A DNA stretch of 63,702 nt, counting the filler, from Octopus bimaculoides (lineage: Eukaryota), in NCBI RefSeq assembly GCF_001194135.2. It is 6 parts of 4 records of this genome, joined end to end, with 100 filler letters (N's around TTAATTAATTAA, not from the genome) between each part and the next. Parts side by side here need not be neighbours in the genome. Positions count along the whole stretch, not along the records: positions 1 to 19,677 come from NC_068982.1; 5 more parts are not named here. One strand, given 5' to 3'. Positions 1-11,893 of the stretch are shown here, piece after piece. The stretch's first letter is position 1, and each line of letters opens with the position of its first letter. The notes under the pieces were generated by a model. That model was not told the origin of the DNA, ran no database searches, and was given only the letters and a program-made list of their open reading frames with translations. Position numbers and translations under genes: made by a program.

Positions 1-720
1 TTTCAGATTTCATCAGAAAAAAGTAATTAAAATTCAGTAAAATGACAGGTCTATCGGACTTTCAAAGAGGTCAAATTGTTGGTATTGCAGGCGCTAGCGT
101 GACGAAAGGAGCCGAAATGTTTGGTGCATCAAGAAGTACTGTCTCGAAAGTAATAAGAAAGAAGGAAAAAACCTCCTCGTCAAAAAAAAAAACTCCGGAA
201 GAAAACCAAAACATTCAGATAGGGACAGTCGGACTATTACGCGAATTGTTAGAAAGGATCACAAAAGTACAGCTCCCAAAATTACTGCAGAGCTTAATGA
301 CCACCTCAAGAACCCAGTTTCCACATAAACTGTTCGCCGGGAGCGGCACAAAGCCAGATTTCACGGGAGGGCTGCTATCAGAAATCAGCTACTTTCATGA
401 ACAAATGCTACAGAGCGTTTAGAGTGGAGTAAAAACCTACAGAATTGGTCCTTAGAGCAGTGGAAGAATGTTATGTTTTCGGACAAGTTATATTTTACCC
501 TATTTCCGGCCACCAGCCGAGTATACGTGAGGAGAAAGCCAAAAGAAGCATTTGACCCAGACTGCCTTCTTCTAACTGTTAAACATGGAGGAGAATCTGT
601 GGTGATCTGCGGGGCTATATCTTGGAAATCCGCTGGTCCAATGGTTTCCCTTCATGGCAGAATTAATAGTCAAGACTATTTAAGCAGTTTATCTGATCAA
701 ATTCATCCAATGTTTTATCA
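1..720 (+). mobile_element. Tc1-family DNA transposon, frameshifted and 3'-truncated transposase relic
   Basis: ORF 42-422 begins MTGLSDFQRGQIVG..GASVTK.AE.FG.SRSTVSKV (Tc1 paired-like HTH). ORF 473-724 has FSDKLYFTLF...RVYVRR.PKEAFDPDCLL.TVKHGG.SV.I.GAISWKSAG, the Tc1 catalytic region with the first Asp. It ends before the second catalytic Asp. Confidence 0.9.
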
Positions 721-934
721 CTAGATAGCAATGGCACTCTTCTTTTAATTTTGACTCTATATCTTCAGGAGGAGTTACCTCAATCTTTTCTATAATAACC
801 AAAATGAAGTAGATTGACAAATTTATTTTTTGAACCAGTTGAAGATACACAAGATGTCGAAAGTTCACTAGATGACAATGGCACTCATCTTTTAATTTTG
901 ATAATAATAATAATGATAATAACAATAATAATTT

Positions 935-1135
935 TTTCTAGTGAAGGCACAAAGCCTTGAAATTCGGTGGGAGGGGGACTAGTCGATTACTTCAACCCAA
1001 GTGTTTCAATTTATCGACCCCGAAAGGATAAATGGCAAAGTCGACCTCTGCAGAATTTGAACTCAGGACTTAGCGACGGGCGAAATACCGCTAAGATTTC
1101 GTCCAGCATGCTAACTATTCTGCCAGCTCGCCGCA
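935..1135 (-). mobile_element. tRNA-derived SINE, family A
   Basis: Minus strand reads GGCGAGCTGGCAGAATAGTTAGCA (A-box) ... GAGTTCAAATTC (B-box) ... GTCGACTTTGCC. Homologous copies at ~13570-13765(-), 22365-22560(+), 23645-23835(+), 24272-24488(+), 24510-24720(-), 30862-31075(+), 38900-39100(-), 48780-48990(+). Confidence 0.85.
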
Positions 1136-1139
1136 TTAA

Positions 1140-1141
1140 TA

Positions 1142-1186
<45 letters not shown>

Positions 1187-1245
1187 TTGGTGGTGGTGGT
1201 GGTGATGATGATGATGATGAGGAGGAGGAGGAGGAGGAGGATGAT
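1140..1245. repeat. Compound trinucleotide microsatellite (GAT)n(GGT)n(GAT)n(GAG)n
   Basis: Read directly. It explains the poly-D/E, poly-S and poly-M ORFs in the track. Confidence 0.95.
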
Positions 1246-1645
1246 TGAGACACAAAGATCACCCATTTTCGTTGAACTTGTTTATATCGTTCTAAATATT
1301 ATCGTTAAAAGCACGAAATGTAAAACTTGTTACTTTTACAGCGAATGAACTACTGTAACTCTAGAAGTGGATTTAATAAGTTAATTTCATATATTAATGG
1401 CAAGGGAGACACAAATAAAATTTTCTGTATTTCCTGAATCAATTAAATTGTCAACATCTCACAAAAGTTCTATACTATTGTAATGAATTTCGATTCCCAA
1501 TCCTGGAATCACTTAACTTCAATTACAACGCTAATACTTTTGTTAGAGACATAAGCAGTACAAAATACACAGTTCCCCACCACCACCACCACCACACACA
1601 AGCACTTAGACACGCGTAGATTTAACCCGTATGTCATTAGATGAG

Positions 1646-1931
1646 TGGAGGCGCAATGGCCCAGTGGTTAGGGCAGTGGACTCGCGGTCATAAGATCGCG
1701 GTTTCGATTCCCAGACCGGGCGTTGTGAGTGTTTATTGACCGAAAACACCTAAAGCTCCACGAGGCTCCGGCAGGGGATGGTGGCGAACCCTGCTGTACT
1801 CTTTCACCATAACTTTCTCTCACTCTTACTTCCTGTTTCTGTTGTGCCTGTAATTCAAAGGGTCAGCCTTGTCACACTGTGTCACGCTGAATATCCCCGA
1901 GAACTACGTTAAGGGTACACGTGTCTGTGGA
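1646..1931 (+). mobile_element. tRNA-derived SINE, family C (CpG-rich copy running into a gap)
   Basis: GGAGGCGCAATGGCCCAGTGGTTAGGGC (A-box) ... GGTTTCGATTCCC (B-box), then a body CCTTGTCACAC...GAGAACTACGTTAAGGGTACACG shared with copies at ~13995-14340 and ~22990-23315. Confidence 0.85.
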
Positions 1932-2559
1932 NNNNNNNNNNNNNNNNNNNNNNNNNNNNNNNNNNNNNNNNNNNNNNNNNNNNNNNNNNNNNNNNNNNNN
2001 NNNNNNNNNNNNNNNNNNNNNNNNNNNNNNNNNNNNNNNNNNNNNNNNNNNNNNNNNNNNNNNNNNNNNNNNNNNNNNNNNNNNNNNNNNNNNNNNNNNN
2101 NNNNNNNNNNNNNNNNNNNNNNNNNNNNNNNNNNNNNNNNNNNNNNNNNNNNNNNNNNNNNNNNNNNNNNNNNNNNNNNNNNNNNNNNNNNNNNNNNNNN
2201 NNNNNNNNNNNNNNNNNNNNNNNNNNNNNNNNNNNNNNNNNNNNNNNNNNNNNNNNNNNNNNNNNNNNNNNNNNNNNNNNNNNNNNNNNNNNNNNNNNNN
2301 NNNNNNNNNNNNNNNNNNNNNNNNNNNNNNNNNNNNNNNNNATAAGCTTAAGATTCTAATTGCATTCAAAAATCTTTGGTTTAAGTTTTGTGAACTTGAA
2401 GAGTCCTCTGTATTGTTTAGACTCAACAATTTTTATTGACTCATTTTCCCAAGACCAACTGAAGATCATGTAGTTTGTATGGTGCTGGGTCTGGTGAGGA
2501 GGGGGGGGGGAGTTCCGTCGCTCGACACGAACACGAAGACACACACACATAGACATATA

Positions 2560-2739
2560 CATACATATATATATATACCACGGGCTTCTTTTAGTTTCCG
2601 TCTACCAAATCCACTCACGAGGCTGTGGTCGGTGCGAGACTATAGTAGAAGACACTTGGCCAAGATGCCACACAGTGGAACTGAACCCGGAACCATGTGG
2701 TTGGTAAGTAAGCTTCTTACCCCACAGACACACCTGCGC

Positions 2740-2740
<1 letters not shown>
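2560..2740 (-). mobile_element. tRNA-derived SINE, family B (5' part)
   Basis: Minus strand GGCGCAGG.GTG.CTGTG.GGTAAGAAGCTT...CGGGTTCAGTTCCACTG...GTCTTCTACTATAG...GTGAGTGGATTTGGTAGACGGAAACT. Further copies at ~3610-3781, 10530-10700, 37440-37830, 39915-40322, 49470-49787, 52620-52790, 53995-54155, 58760-58960. Confidence 0.85.
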
Positions 2741-2781
<41 letters not shown>

Positions 2782-4590
2782 ACCTACACCACTTGACAAC
2801 CGGTATTGGCCTGTTTACATCCCCGTAACTTAGCGGTTCGGTAAAATACACCGGTAGTATATGTACTAGGCTTTAATAAAGGCAAGTATCGGTTTCAATG
2901 CGTTTGATTAAACGCCTCTTCTAGCGTTTTTGCAAAATGTCTACAGACTGGGCCCTTACACTAGTATGGACATTGTTGTAGGCACTGAAATGACCAGAGA
3001 TTTTAAACCGAGTGGCACATCAACAACACCAGACAAAATGATACAGAGGCCTTTCGGTGGGTTTCCTTACAGTCTTGTTTTATGCAGCTGCACTTACAAA
3101 ATTTCTGTCGGTCAAAGGGACAAAAGGTGGCATAAAAATCAAAACCACGTCATTGTGTAACGAACTTCATGATTCAATTGTAGCACCTGAGTTTGTATAT
3201 TTTATTTGTCCAAAGATTAGCTTCGAGACAAAAAAATTTCAGAAAAAATATCTGTAAATATATGAAAAAAAAAAATTAAAAAACCAAAGCGCATTCGTTT
3301 AGTGAGAACAAAGTAAGTATTGTTAACAATGTGTAAAGATAACAATTCTGTAAGTATTTCAATTGATTGTGATGTTAGGCAGACCATAAACTATGAAAGT
3401 ATTATCGAGTCTGGAAGAGCGTTTAGTGAGATTAACTTCATAATCGTGTAGGAGGCTGACAACGCTATGTTCTCTATGGAGGGAAGGAAAGAGGGAGGGG
3501 TTGAGGAACACACACACACACACACATACCATATACACAATATATGCGTTCTTGAGTTGATATTTCATTACATACGCATGACTTACACAAAAATGTGCAC
3601 ACACAGAGACACACACGCATATATACGACGGGCTTCTTCAAGTTTCCGTCTGCCAAATCCACTCACAAGGCTTTGTTCAGCCCGAGGTTATAGTAGAAGA
3701 CGCTTGCCCAAGGTGCCACACCTTTGGACTGAACCCAGAACCATGTGTTTGGGAAGCAAACTTCTTACAACACAACCACGCNNNNNNNNNNNNNNNNNNN
3801 NNNNNNNNNNNNNNNNNNNNNNNNNNNNNNNNNNNNNNNNNNNNNNNNNNNNNNNNNNNNNNNNNNNNNNNNNNNNNNNNNNNNNNNNNNNNNNNNNNNN
3901 NNNNNNNNNNNNNNNNNNNNNNNNNNNNNNNNNNNNNNNNNNNNNNNNNNNNNNNNNNNNNNNNNNNNNNNNNNNNNNNNNNNNNNNNNNNNNNNNNNNN
4001 NNNNNNNNNNNNNNNNNNNNNNNNNNNNNNNNNNNNNNNNNNNNNNNNNNNNNNNNNNNNNNNNNNNNNNNATATATATATATATATATATAGCATGAAT
4101 ACTACGAATTACACAATACACACACACATGTATATACTTCTCCTAAGTAAATGACTGGTATATATATTAACGACCCGGACGTAATGATAAAGCAGAGACA
4201 AGCAGGTTGCTATTTGAACTCGGAACGTGCATATACGAAACTCAGTGCTGAATTTATATTAAATATGGTGCTACACCACCTCCGCCGACATGAGACTAAA
4301 AAATTACGCAATCAAAACAATTTATGTATTTTAATTGAAATTATTGAGATGTATCTTATTGGAGAATATAATTTCTCTCTTGAAAGAAGAATAAATTTTG
4401 ATAATGATATTTCTGCAACTAAATTTTCTTCAATAATTTTATTTGATTTTATTCCTTTTCTATTCCTTTTGCTAGAATGAAATTTTAATCTGCAGTTTCT
4501 TTAAATTTCTCCATGTATATATTGCCATACTACACAATAATTAAATATGCAATACATCTTAATTTTCACCATAGAAACGTGACTCAGACG

Positions 4591-4965
4591 TTAGTTATAG
4601 AGTTTCAAACGGTGTTGGAATTGTTGTTGTTGTTGCTTTATCAGTGAAACGTTCTTAAATCTGAATTTGTAAGTCTGTTGTTCTTTCTTTTTTCTTCTTA
4701 GACACAATTCTCGTTTTGTACAGGAGATTGAAGCTCGCAGGTCGACCAACGCACGAAGGCAACTTTTAAACGCTGGGTGGTCGCCTCGGATAAGATGTTG
4801 CTGTTGTTGCGGTTGTACGCCTGTAAAAGTAACAAAATAAGCTCTGATAAATGTCGGTGGTGTACTTTTGTTGAATGATAAGATTTGATAGTTTGTCTGA
4901 TCTTGAGGGGCTTCCCAGAAAACTTTGTCTCCACTAATTCGTCTCATCTGCCTCGAATATTCCAT
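4591..4965 (-). CDS. Hypothetical 124-aa basic orphan ORF (unverified)
   Basis: Stop-free ORF in non-repetitive, CpG-enriched DNA. ATG context ACAAATGG, upstream TATATAA and CCAAT, downstream AATAAA. No recognisable domain. Confidence 0.2.
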   Translation of the reverse strand: MEYSRQMRRISGDKVFWEAPQDQTNYQILSFNKSTPPTFIRAYFVTFTGVQPQQQQHLIRGDHPAFKSCLRALVDLRASISCTKRELCLRRKKKEQQTYKFRFKNVSLIKQQQQQFQHRLKLYN

Positions 4966-5417
4966 TTGTGCTGTCGTAAATAACTGATTATTTACAGCAG
5001 AACTCCAGTTTCTGTAGCGTGCAAGAGAGGATACAGGTATGTTCTCCTTATATAAGACACCTAACGCTTGTAGGGAGTTATTGGCCTACAGAAACACTTC
5101 AAACCAGCTCTATACGGTCACCAGGTTACAGTTAACAGCAGTCAACTGTACGCCACTCACACAATTTATCGGTTAAATGCGGCTGTTAGAGACAGCCATG
5201 GTTTTTGTTTCTGTTTCTAACCACGATCTGTGCCATGGTTACAAACACAAAGTAGAACTGTTAGCAGGATATGATCAGCTGCTCTGTCGGTTGGTTGTCC
5301 AGTACACAATCGGCCTGACTATCCACGCTCTTTCATGAATAGCTGTCCCCTGGTCAGTTAGTCAACTGAGTTATGATTACATGTAGCAAGTAAGTGGTAG
5401 TAGTAGTAGTTGTAGTT

Positions 5418-5451
<34 letters not shown>

Positions 5452-7897
5452 CAGCAACAGTAGCAGCAGCAGCAGCATGGGGGAATGCGCTGTAAGAGCA
5501 AATCGCTGTATCCACCGTTTGTTGGTGGCTCCCTTCTACTCTTGGCAGGTGACCCCTTTGCGCCACTCAGGCGACAGCCCTCTAACCCATGGCCCTGTTC
5601 GGGTAGTTATTTCTGGTGTGGAACTTACAAGGCGGAGTACTAATGCTACCTCAACCTCTTTCACGTCACACAGAGAAAACATTGAGTTTGTGACAGGACA
5701 TGTCCGTCCCCACCCCACACCACACAGTGCTAGAAGAGTAACATGAAAATAAGTGTTTTGGTCAAGAAAACAACGCGCTATCCGGTTCAGGAATCGAATC
5801 CACAATCTGGTGATTGTGAATACAACAACCTAATCACTAGGGCCACGCGTCTTCACAAGTAAATGAGACGGGGAAAATATATTATTAATTGATATGGCCT
5901 TTATTTTATCGTTACAATGTAAGATACAACTTTGAAATGTTATGCGTAGATTATTTCTAGTTCTATAATCCATTTTGTTGGTAGCTAAGTTCATTTGTGA
6001 ATGACTGCTAGAAGACGGACAGAAGAAGGAGCGAGAAAGAGAAAAAGAATTGGTTGACAACTAGGGAGGGTGAAAGTTGTATAATTTAGCAGTGATAAGC
6101 CATAGGTGAAGTGTTGCTCTTGGCCAAGGCCCAAGCGGAAGAGACGAAAGTGGTAGAATTGAATTTTGGGTACTGTATTTATACATGCTGGAAAGCTGGA
6201 TGTAGGTCGGACGACAATGGAAGGCAAATGAGTTTATTTATGGTGAACTGTATTAAGCAAAGAATGTTCGCTTAAACAATAAAATTGAACTGTGACAGTT
6301 GATCGCCATGCATTTCTAAGTACAAATGCCGAAAACAATAGAAAGGAACTCAAAGAAAATCTAGACTCGATTTCGAATCTTAGCTAAGAAAACATTAAAT
6401 TGAAGTCTGGTTGTTGATGTGGGCCCGTGCATGGCTGTGTGGTTAAGAAGTTTATTTTAAAGCCACGTAGTTTCGGGTTGAGTTCAACTGCGCAGTATCT
6501 TGCGCAAGAATCGTCCATTATAGCCCCAGGCTGGCTGATGAATACCATACCAGTGAATCTACTGGATGGAAACCGTGTAGGAGTCCGTCCAAACTAGCCA
6601 AATTGTTGTTGTTGTTGCTTCTGCTGTAGCTGTTGTTGTTATTGTTGTTGTTGCTGTTATTGTTTAGTCCCAAATCAGTTTCGATCGCTTGAACTTATGA
6701 TGACCAGGACTGACTTGGATTCCAGGTTTTTATTTCGGATATGGTGACCCTCGAAGTACATTTTACAATATCTATTTTTAAACGGATGCATCTGAGGCAG
6801 ATTTGGTAGCTCTTTCTAGCTGGTTATTTGACCTCATTAAGGTTTGTTTTCTTTGCCATATTAATTAGCTAAGTTGTGGTGGTCGTCATCGTCGTTATCG
6901 TGATGGTCATGGAGGCGCTGTGGAAGAGGATGAAATGAAGGTAATGTGAGTGCTGAAGCCATCTATAACGATTCTAAACAATAAAAGTTAAGGTAAGTGT
7001 CGCCAGAAGAGAACCAGTATTAATGGAATAACTTCGGCTGGATATTTCTGTCAGAACAAATTCCAGAGATGTTTCCGAGAGAGACATGAAAATTGTAGCT
7101 TGTTCTTGCACCAGGTTTCTCATTCATATTTTTGCAACGGGGTAAACACCATTGAATGCACTCAACAGATGTTTCTGTTTTTTTTATCACCGAGTGGTTA
7201 CTTAAACTTATTTAGATAAAACATGACCTCAACGTAAGTACTTATCGTACTTCCAGCCAAAGAGATTGTGTACAACACGGCTGAATAGATAAATCATTGG
7301 GTTATCATGCCGAATCAATAAGTTGGTAATAGGTAGCATATGTATAGACTATGATAGAGAGCATTCTGGTGGTGGATTTCCGTCGTTTAACGAGGAGGAT
7401 TCAATGGTTTCGTCAACTGAATAATTTGTTCCTCAAGTAGCGTGTAGGTAGTTGAATATTTCAGACGTATGTTTTCTGGACCAAATTCTCAGCCAGAATC
7501 GACGTGACGCAGTGTTTTACAAGGCTGTGCCTTTTGAATTACTGATATATTCCACCCGATTAGTTTACATCTACCCAACTTCATTTGCAAAGTACGCGTG
7601 GTCCATTGCTGTAAAAGAAAGGAGGTTTGCTTAAGAAAACGACAATTAACTTCGAACCTGGGACTTCGATGTTGCAAAGTAAAACATCTCAACCATTCGG
7701 CTATATTGCACAAGGAGAATTCTCTTTAAAAAGCAATTCAAAATTTAAGCCAGAAAAGCAGTGAAGAACATAACTTTGTGAATTCTTCCAAGTTAAGGAC
7801 ATTTCCTAAGTTCTTCTGAAAGCAGAATCACCGGAAATATTTTCCTTCCGAGTCAGCTTCTTGTTTACAAAAATGAACGGCTGTGTTTTCACGAAAT

Positions 7898-8007
<110 letters not shown>

Positions 8008-8564
8008 TCTCTTTCTCTTTCTCCCTCTTTCCCCCTCTTTTTCTATTTATCTAACTATCTAGGACTATATTTATTATTGCCTTTTTAAACCCTCGTTCAG
8101 ATCTACTCGAAAAGTATTCCAGCCTTTACCATTCTGTCTTTATATTTTCAGCCATAATACATACAGAATTACCGCAGCCACTCTCTCCCTACAATTTGAA
8201 GGGGGTAAAGGATCAGTCTAGTGGTTATTTGGCAGCTGTATCTAGCAGGTTGAGCGACTATGTATAGTCTCCGACTTCAGCTCGATCAGACTGTTGTAAT
8301 CAGGAGAGGTGAATTGTATAGAAGCTGACATGAGATGTCAGAAAAATTATAAATGATCAGAAAAAAAAAATTATAAATGATAAAGTTTATAAAGAATTAA
8401 AAGTGAAGCGAGTCAACGGTCACAAACTGTAAGAAATACAAGTGGTGGGGGGCTTCTTTTGATACAAAATATTCTGACAAAACTGTTTAGCAGACGACAT
8501 AACATGTAAACAAAAGATTTTAGTGGTTGACCATCAACATTGAGATCTAATTATACAAGACATG

Positions 8565-9050
8565 ATTGAATAGGTGTGTATTTTTTGTTTTTACCAGACG
8601 ATAATTAATGTGTATTTATTTTTTACCAGACTATATTGAAGAATATATATATATATTTTTGTTTTTACCAGCTAACGATGAATGCATCTATATATTTTTA
8701 CCAGATGATATTGAATGTGTATATTTTTTTTTTACCAGCCAACGATGAATTCTTTTACTCTTTTATTCTTTTACCTGTTTCAGGCATTTGACTGCAGCCA
8801 TGCTGGAATACCTACCGTGTGTATATGTTTTTTACCAAATAACAATAAACGTCTGTATATTTTTTTTATCAGACGACATTGAATGAGCGTATATTTTTTT
8901 AACAGGCGATGTGTTTATATCTTTTACCAGACAACAATAAATGTGCGCATATTTTTTTTAAAAAAACTCGATACACGTGCATATTTTTTAGCGGACGATA
9001 TTGAACGTGTCCCTATATTTTTTACCTGACGAAACAGAATGTGTGTAAGT
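8565..9050. repeat. Degenerate minisatellite, ~30-35-bp unit TTTTACCAGACGATATTGAATGTGTATAT, interrupted by a SINE-B tail
   Basis: Roughly a dozen diverged units share the TTTTACCAG core. A SINE-B 3' tail (TTTTACCTGTTTCAGGCATTTGACTGCAGCCATGCTGG) sits at ~8755-8812. Confidence 0.75.
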
Positions 9051-11625
9051 ATGATTTTATGTTTTTTGCAGTTGTCTCTTACAAATAAACAAGCTACTTC
9101 ATTTTTTTCTTAATTATATCGTTATTGTTAACAATCGGTTTCTGAAAAGTTCCTCCATGCAAATACGGGCTATCCTGTGTGTATTTAAGATTTATCATTT
9201 ACAGATACTGAACTCAATAAATTTTATTTGTATAACCATCGTGCTTAATCACTTCTGAAAGTGTTCAATGTGGAATTAAATATCGAACTTTTAAGGGTGT
9301 TTATCTCTACGATTCTGCCAAACTCACCGCCTTACAATTATTGTACAATATTGCAAAATATATTTACGGGTTTTAGACATTATTGTAGGAATACAATAAT
9401 GTAAAGGTCTGTCTAAAAGGGAATCGTGATTAGAACTGGATTATGTGAGTGTATATACTTCTATGTGTGTACATATATATATATGCATATATACGACGAG
9501 CTTCTTTCAGTTTCCGTCTACCGAATCCACTCACAAGGCTTTGGTCGGCCTGAAGCTATAGTAGAAGACACTTGCGCAAGGTGCCNNNNNNNNNNNNNNN
9601 NNNNNNNNNNNNNNNNNNNNNNNNNNNNNNNNNNNNNNNNNNNNNNNNNNNNNNNNNNNNNNNNNNNNNNNNNNNNNNNNNNNNNNNNNNNNNNNNNNNN
9701 NNNNNNNNNNNNNNNNNNNNNNNNNNNNNNNNNNNNNNNNNNNNNNNNNNNNNNNNNNNNNNNNNNNNNNNNNNNNNNNNNNNNNNNNNNNNNNNNNNNN
9801 NNNNNNNNNNNNNNNNNNNNNNNNNNNNNNNNNNNNNNNNNNNNNNNNNNNNNNNNNNNNNNNNNNNNNNNNNNNNNNNNNNNNNNNNNNNNNNNNNNNN
9901 NNNNNNNNNNNNNNNNNNNNNNNNNNNNNNNNNNNNNNNNNNNNNNNNNNNNNNNNNNNNNNNNNNNNNNNNNNNNNNNNNNNNNNNNNNNNNNNNNNNN
10001 NNNNNNNNNNNNNNNNNNNNNNNNNNNNNNNNNNNNNNNNNNNNNNNNNNNNNNNNNNNNNNNNNNNNNNNNNNNNNNNNNNNNNNNNNNNNNNNNNNNN
10101 NNNNNNNNNNNNNNNNNNNNNNNNNNNNNNNNNNNNNNNNNNNNNNNNNNNNNNNNNNNNNNNNNNNNNNNNNNNNNNNNNNNNNNNNNNNNNNNNNNNN
10201 NNNNNNNNNNNNNNNNNNNNNNNNNNNNNNNNNNNNNNNNNNNNNNNNNNNNNNNNNNNNNNNNNNNNNNNNNNNNNNNNNNNNNNNNNNNNNNNNNNNN
10301 NNNNNNNNNNNNNNNNNNNNNNNNNNNNNNNNNNNNNNNNNNNNNNNNNNNNNNNNNNNNNNNNNNNNNNNNNNNNNNNNNNNNNNNNNNNNNNNNNNNN
10401 NNNNNNNNNNNNNNNNNNNNNNNNNNNNNNNNNNNNNNNNNNNNNNNNNNNNNNNNNNNNNNNNNNNNNNNNNNNNNNNNNNNNNNNNNNNNATATATAT
10501 ATATATATATACATACATATATATATATGCATATATACGACGAGCTTCTTTCAGTTTCCGTCTACCGAATCCACTCACAAGGCTTTGGTCGGCCTGAAGC
10601 TATAGTAGAAGACACTTGCGCAAGGTGCCATGCAGTGGTACCGAACCCGGAACTATTTGGTTGGAAATCAAGCTACTTACCACACAACCACGCCTGCACC
10701 TATGAAACAAAAGAATAGGTGTGCGCGCGTGCGCGCACGTTTGCATGTCATTACACTAATAAACGCTGGCTGAACATTTAATGACAAAGCAAAATCATTA
10801 ATTAAATAAGAGGAAGAGAACAAAATATTGAATGCAATTCCACACATATACATGCATACGCACACACATACATATACACACATACATGCATACACAAGTA
10901 CATACAGCGTAATGAAAATAAATTAATTTGTTACTTGTTTGCAAACGACATTTCCAGGTGTCAAATGTGGTTCTTTTATTACGCGAGTGGAGGGGAGCCT
11001 CGACAGGTTTCGTAGTTTGTATGCTTGTGCACATGTGTGTGAGTGTGTGTATGTGTGCATATTTGTGCGTGAGTGTCTGTGTATGTGCGTATGTGTCTGT
11101 GTTCGTGCGGACCTATACATGTGTGTCTGTTTGTATGTATGTGTGTGTATGTGTGTGAAACACCCACCCCAGCATACATTGGAACTGAAGTATATTTCAA
11201 TAATGTCTAGGAACTAAGAGAATAAACATATTCTTTGAATTCGGTTGATGAGCGAAATGAAAGGAGTAAGTTTCCTAACGGATTGTTTCACAATTAATTG
11301 ACCACTCTTCAGAGGAAATGCCCTATACTTCTTTCCGTAACTATAGCACAATTCACCTGTTAATTAAAGCAGTCATAAATTGGGCTAATTCGGTATGGAT
11401 AGATTAACATGTGTATCTGTATTTGAAACGGTCGTCTTTAATTAAGCAATATCTATTTACAACATAATAGAAATCGGAAGAATTGAAATAAATTTAAATA
11501 TTGCAAAAGCTCACTGGAGCTTAACTAAAAATGTAAATACATTCTTTCTGTGTTAGTAATGGGCGGAAGAAAAGCGTATTGTGACAGGCCGTTTCACAGT
11601 TTCTTGAAATCTCTTCGGTGGAGTA

Positions 11626-11628
11626 CTG

Positions 11629-11693
<65 letters not shown>
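11626..11693. repeat. (AGAT)n tetranucleotide microsatellite
   Basis: Read directly. Confidence 0.97.
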
Positions 11694-11760
11694 TGCTAAA
11701 TTAACTAAGATGAGGCCAAGGCAATTTGATATTCCTAGGACATTTATAAATAGAAAGGTG

Positions 11761-11805
11761 GTCTTACAGCTGTTTCAGGGGAATAGATATCCCATCATCA
11801 GAGAC
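11761..11805 (-). ncRNA. Minimal type-I hammerhead ribozyme (Penelope/retrozyme type)
   Basis: Minus strand: GUCU-CUGAUGA-[UGGGAUAUCUAUUCCCCU]-GAAAC-AGCU-GUA-AGAC. Both core motifs are intact, stem I is GUCU/AGAC, stem II is GGGA/UCCC, stem III is the palindrome ACAGCUGU, and the cleavage triplet is GUA. Confidence 0.75.
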
Positions 11806-11853
11806 GAGTTAAAAGAGCTTCAGCAGAAGGATAGAAGGAATGATGTATATATA

Positions 11854-11893
<40 letters not shown>

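Noticed and set aside
1646-1725. tRNA gene
   Set aside because: The A/B boxes run straight into a SINE body repeated elsewhere in the window and there is no complete cloverleaf. The same holds for all other tRNA-like heads.
7372-7440. Upstream CNB-gene exon (..IQWFRQLNNLFLK resembles the N-terminal helix of CNBD-like proteins as I recall it)
   Set aside because: There is an in-frame TAG at 7438 and no donor in the phase (1) needed to join 22808. Probably chance.
9470-10630. Tandem duplication of a SINE-B segment
   Set aside because: About 115 identical bases lie on both sides of one N-gap (9470-9585 and ~10513-10628), which is typical of an unmerged contig overlap.
9426-10718. Long ORFs spanning N runs (430 aa here; also 11710-12669, 36538-37574, 46857-48164, 60369-61733)
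   Set aside because: The length comes from X codons in gaps. Only the RTE-derived part of 60369-61733 (from ~60480) is real coding relic.
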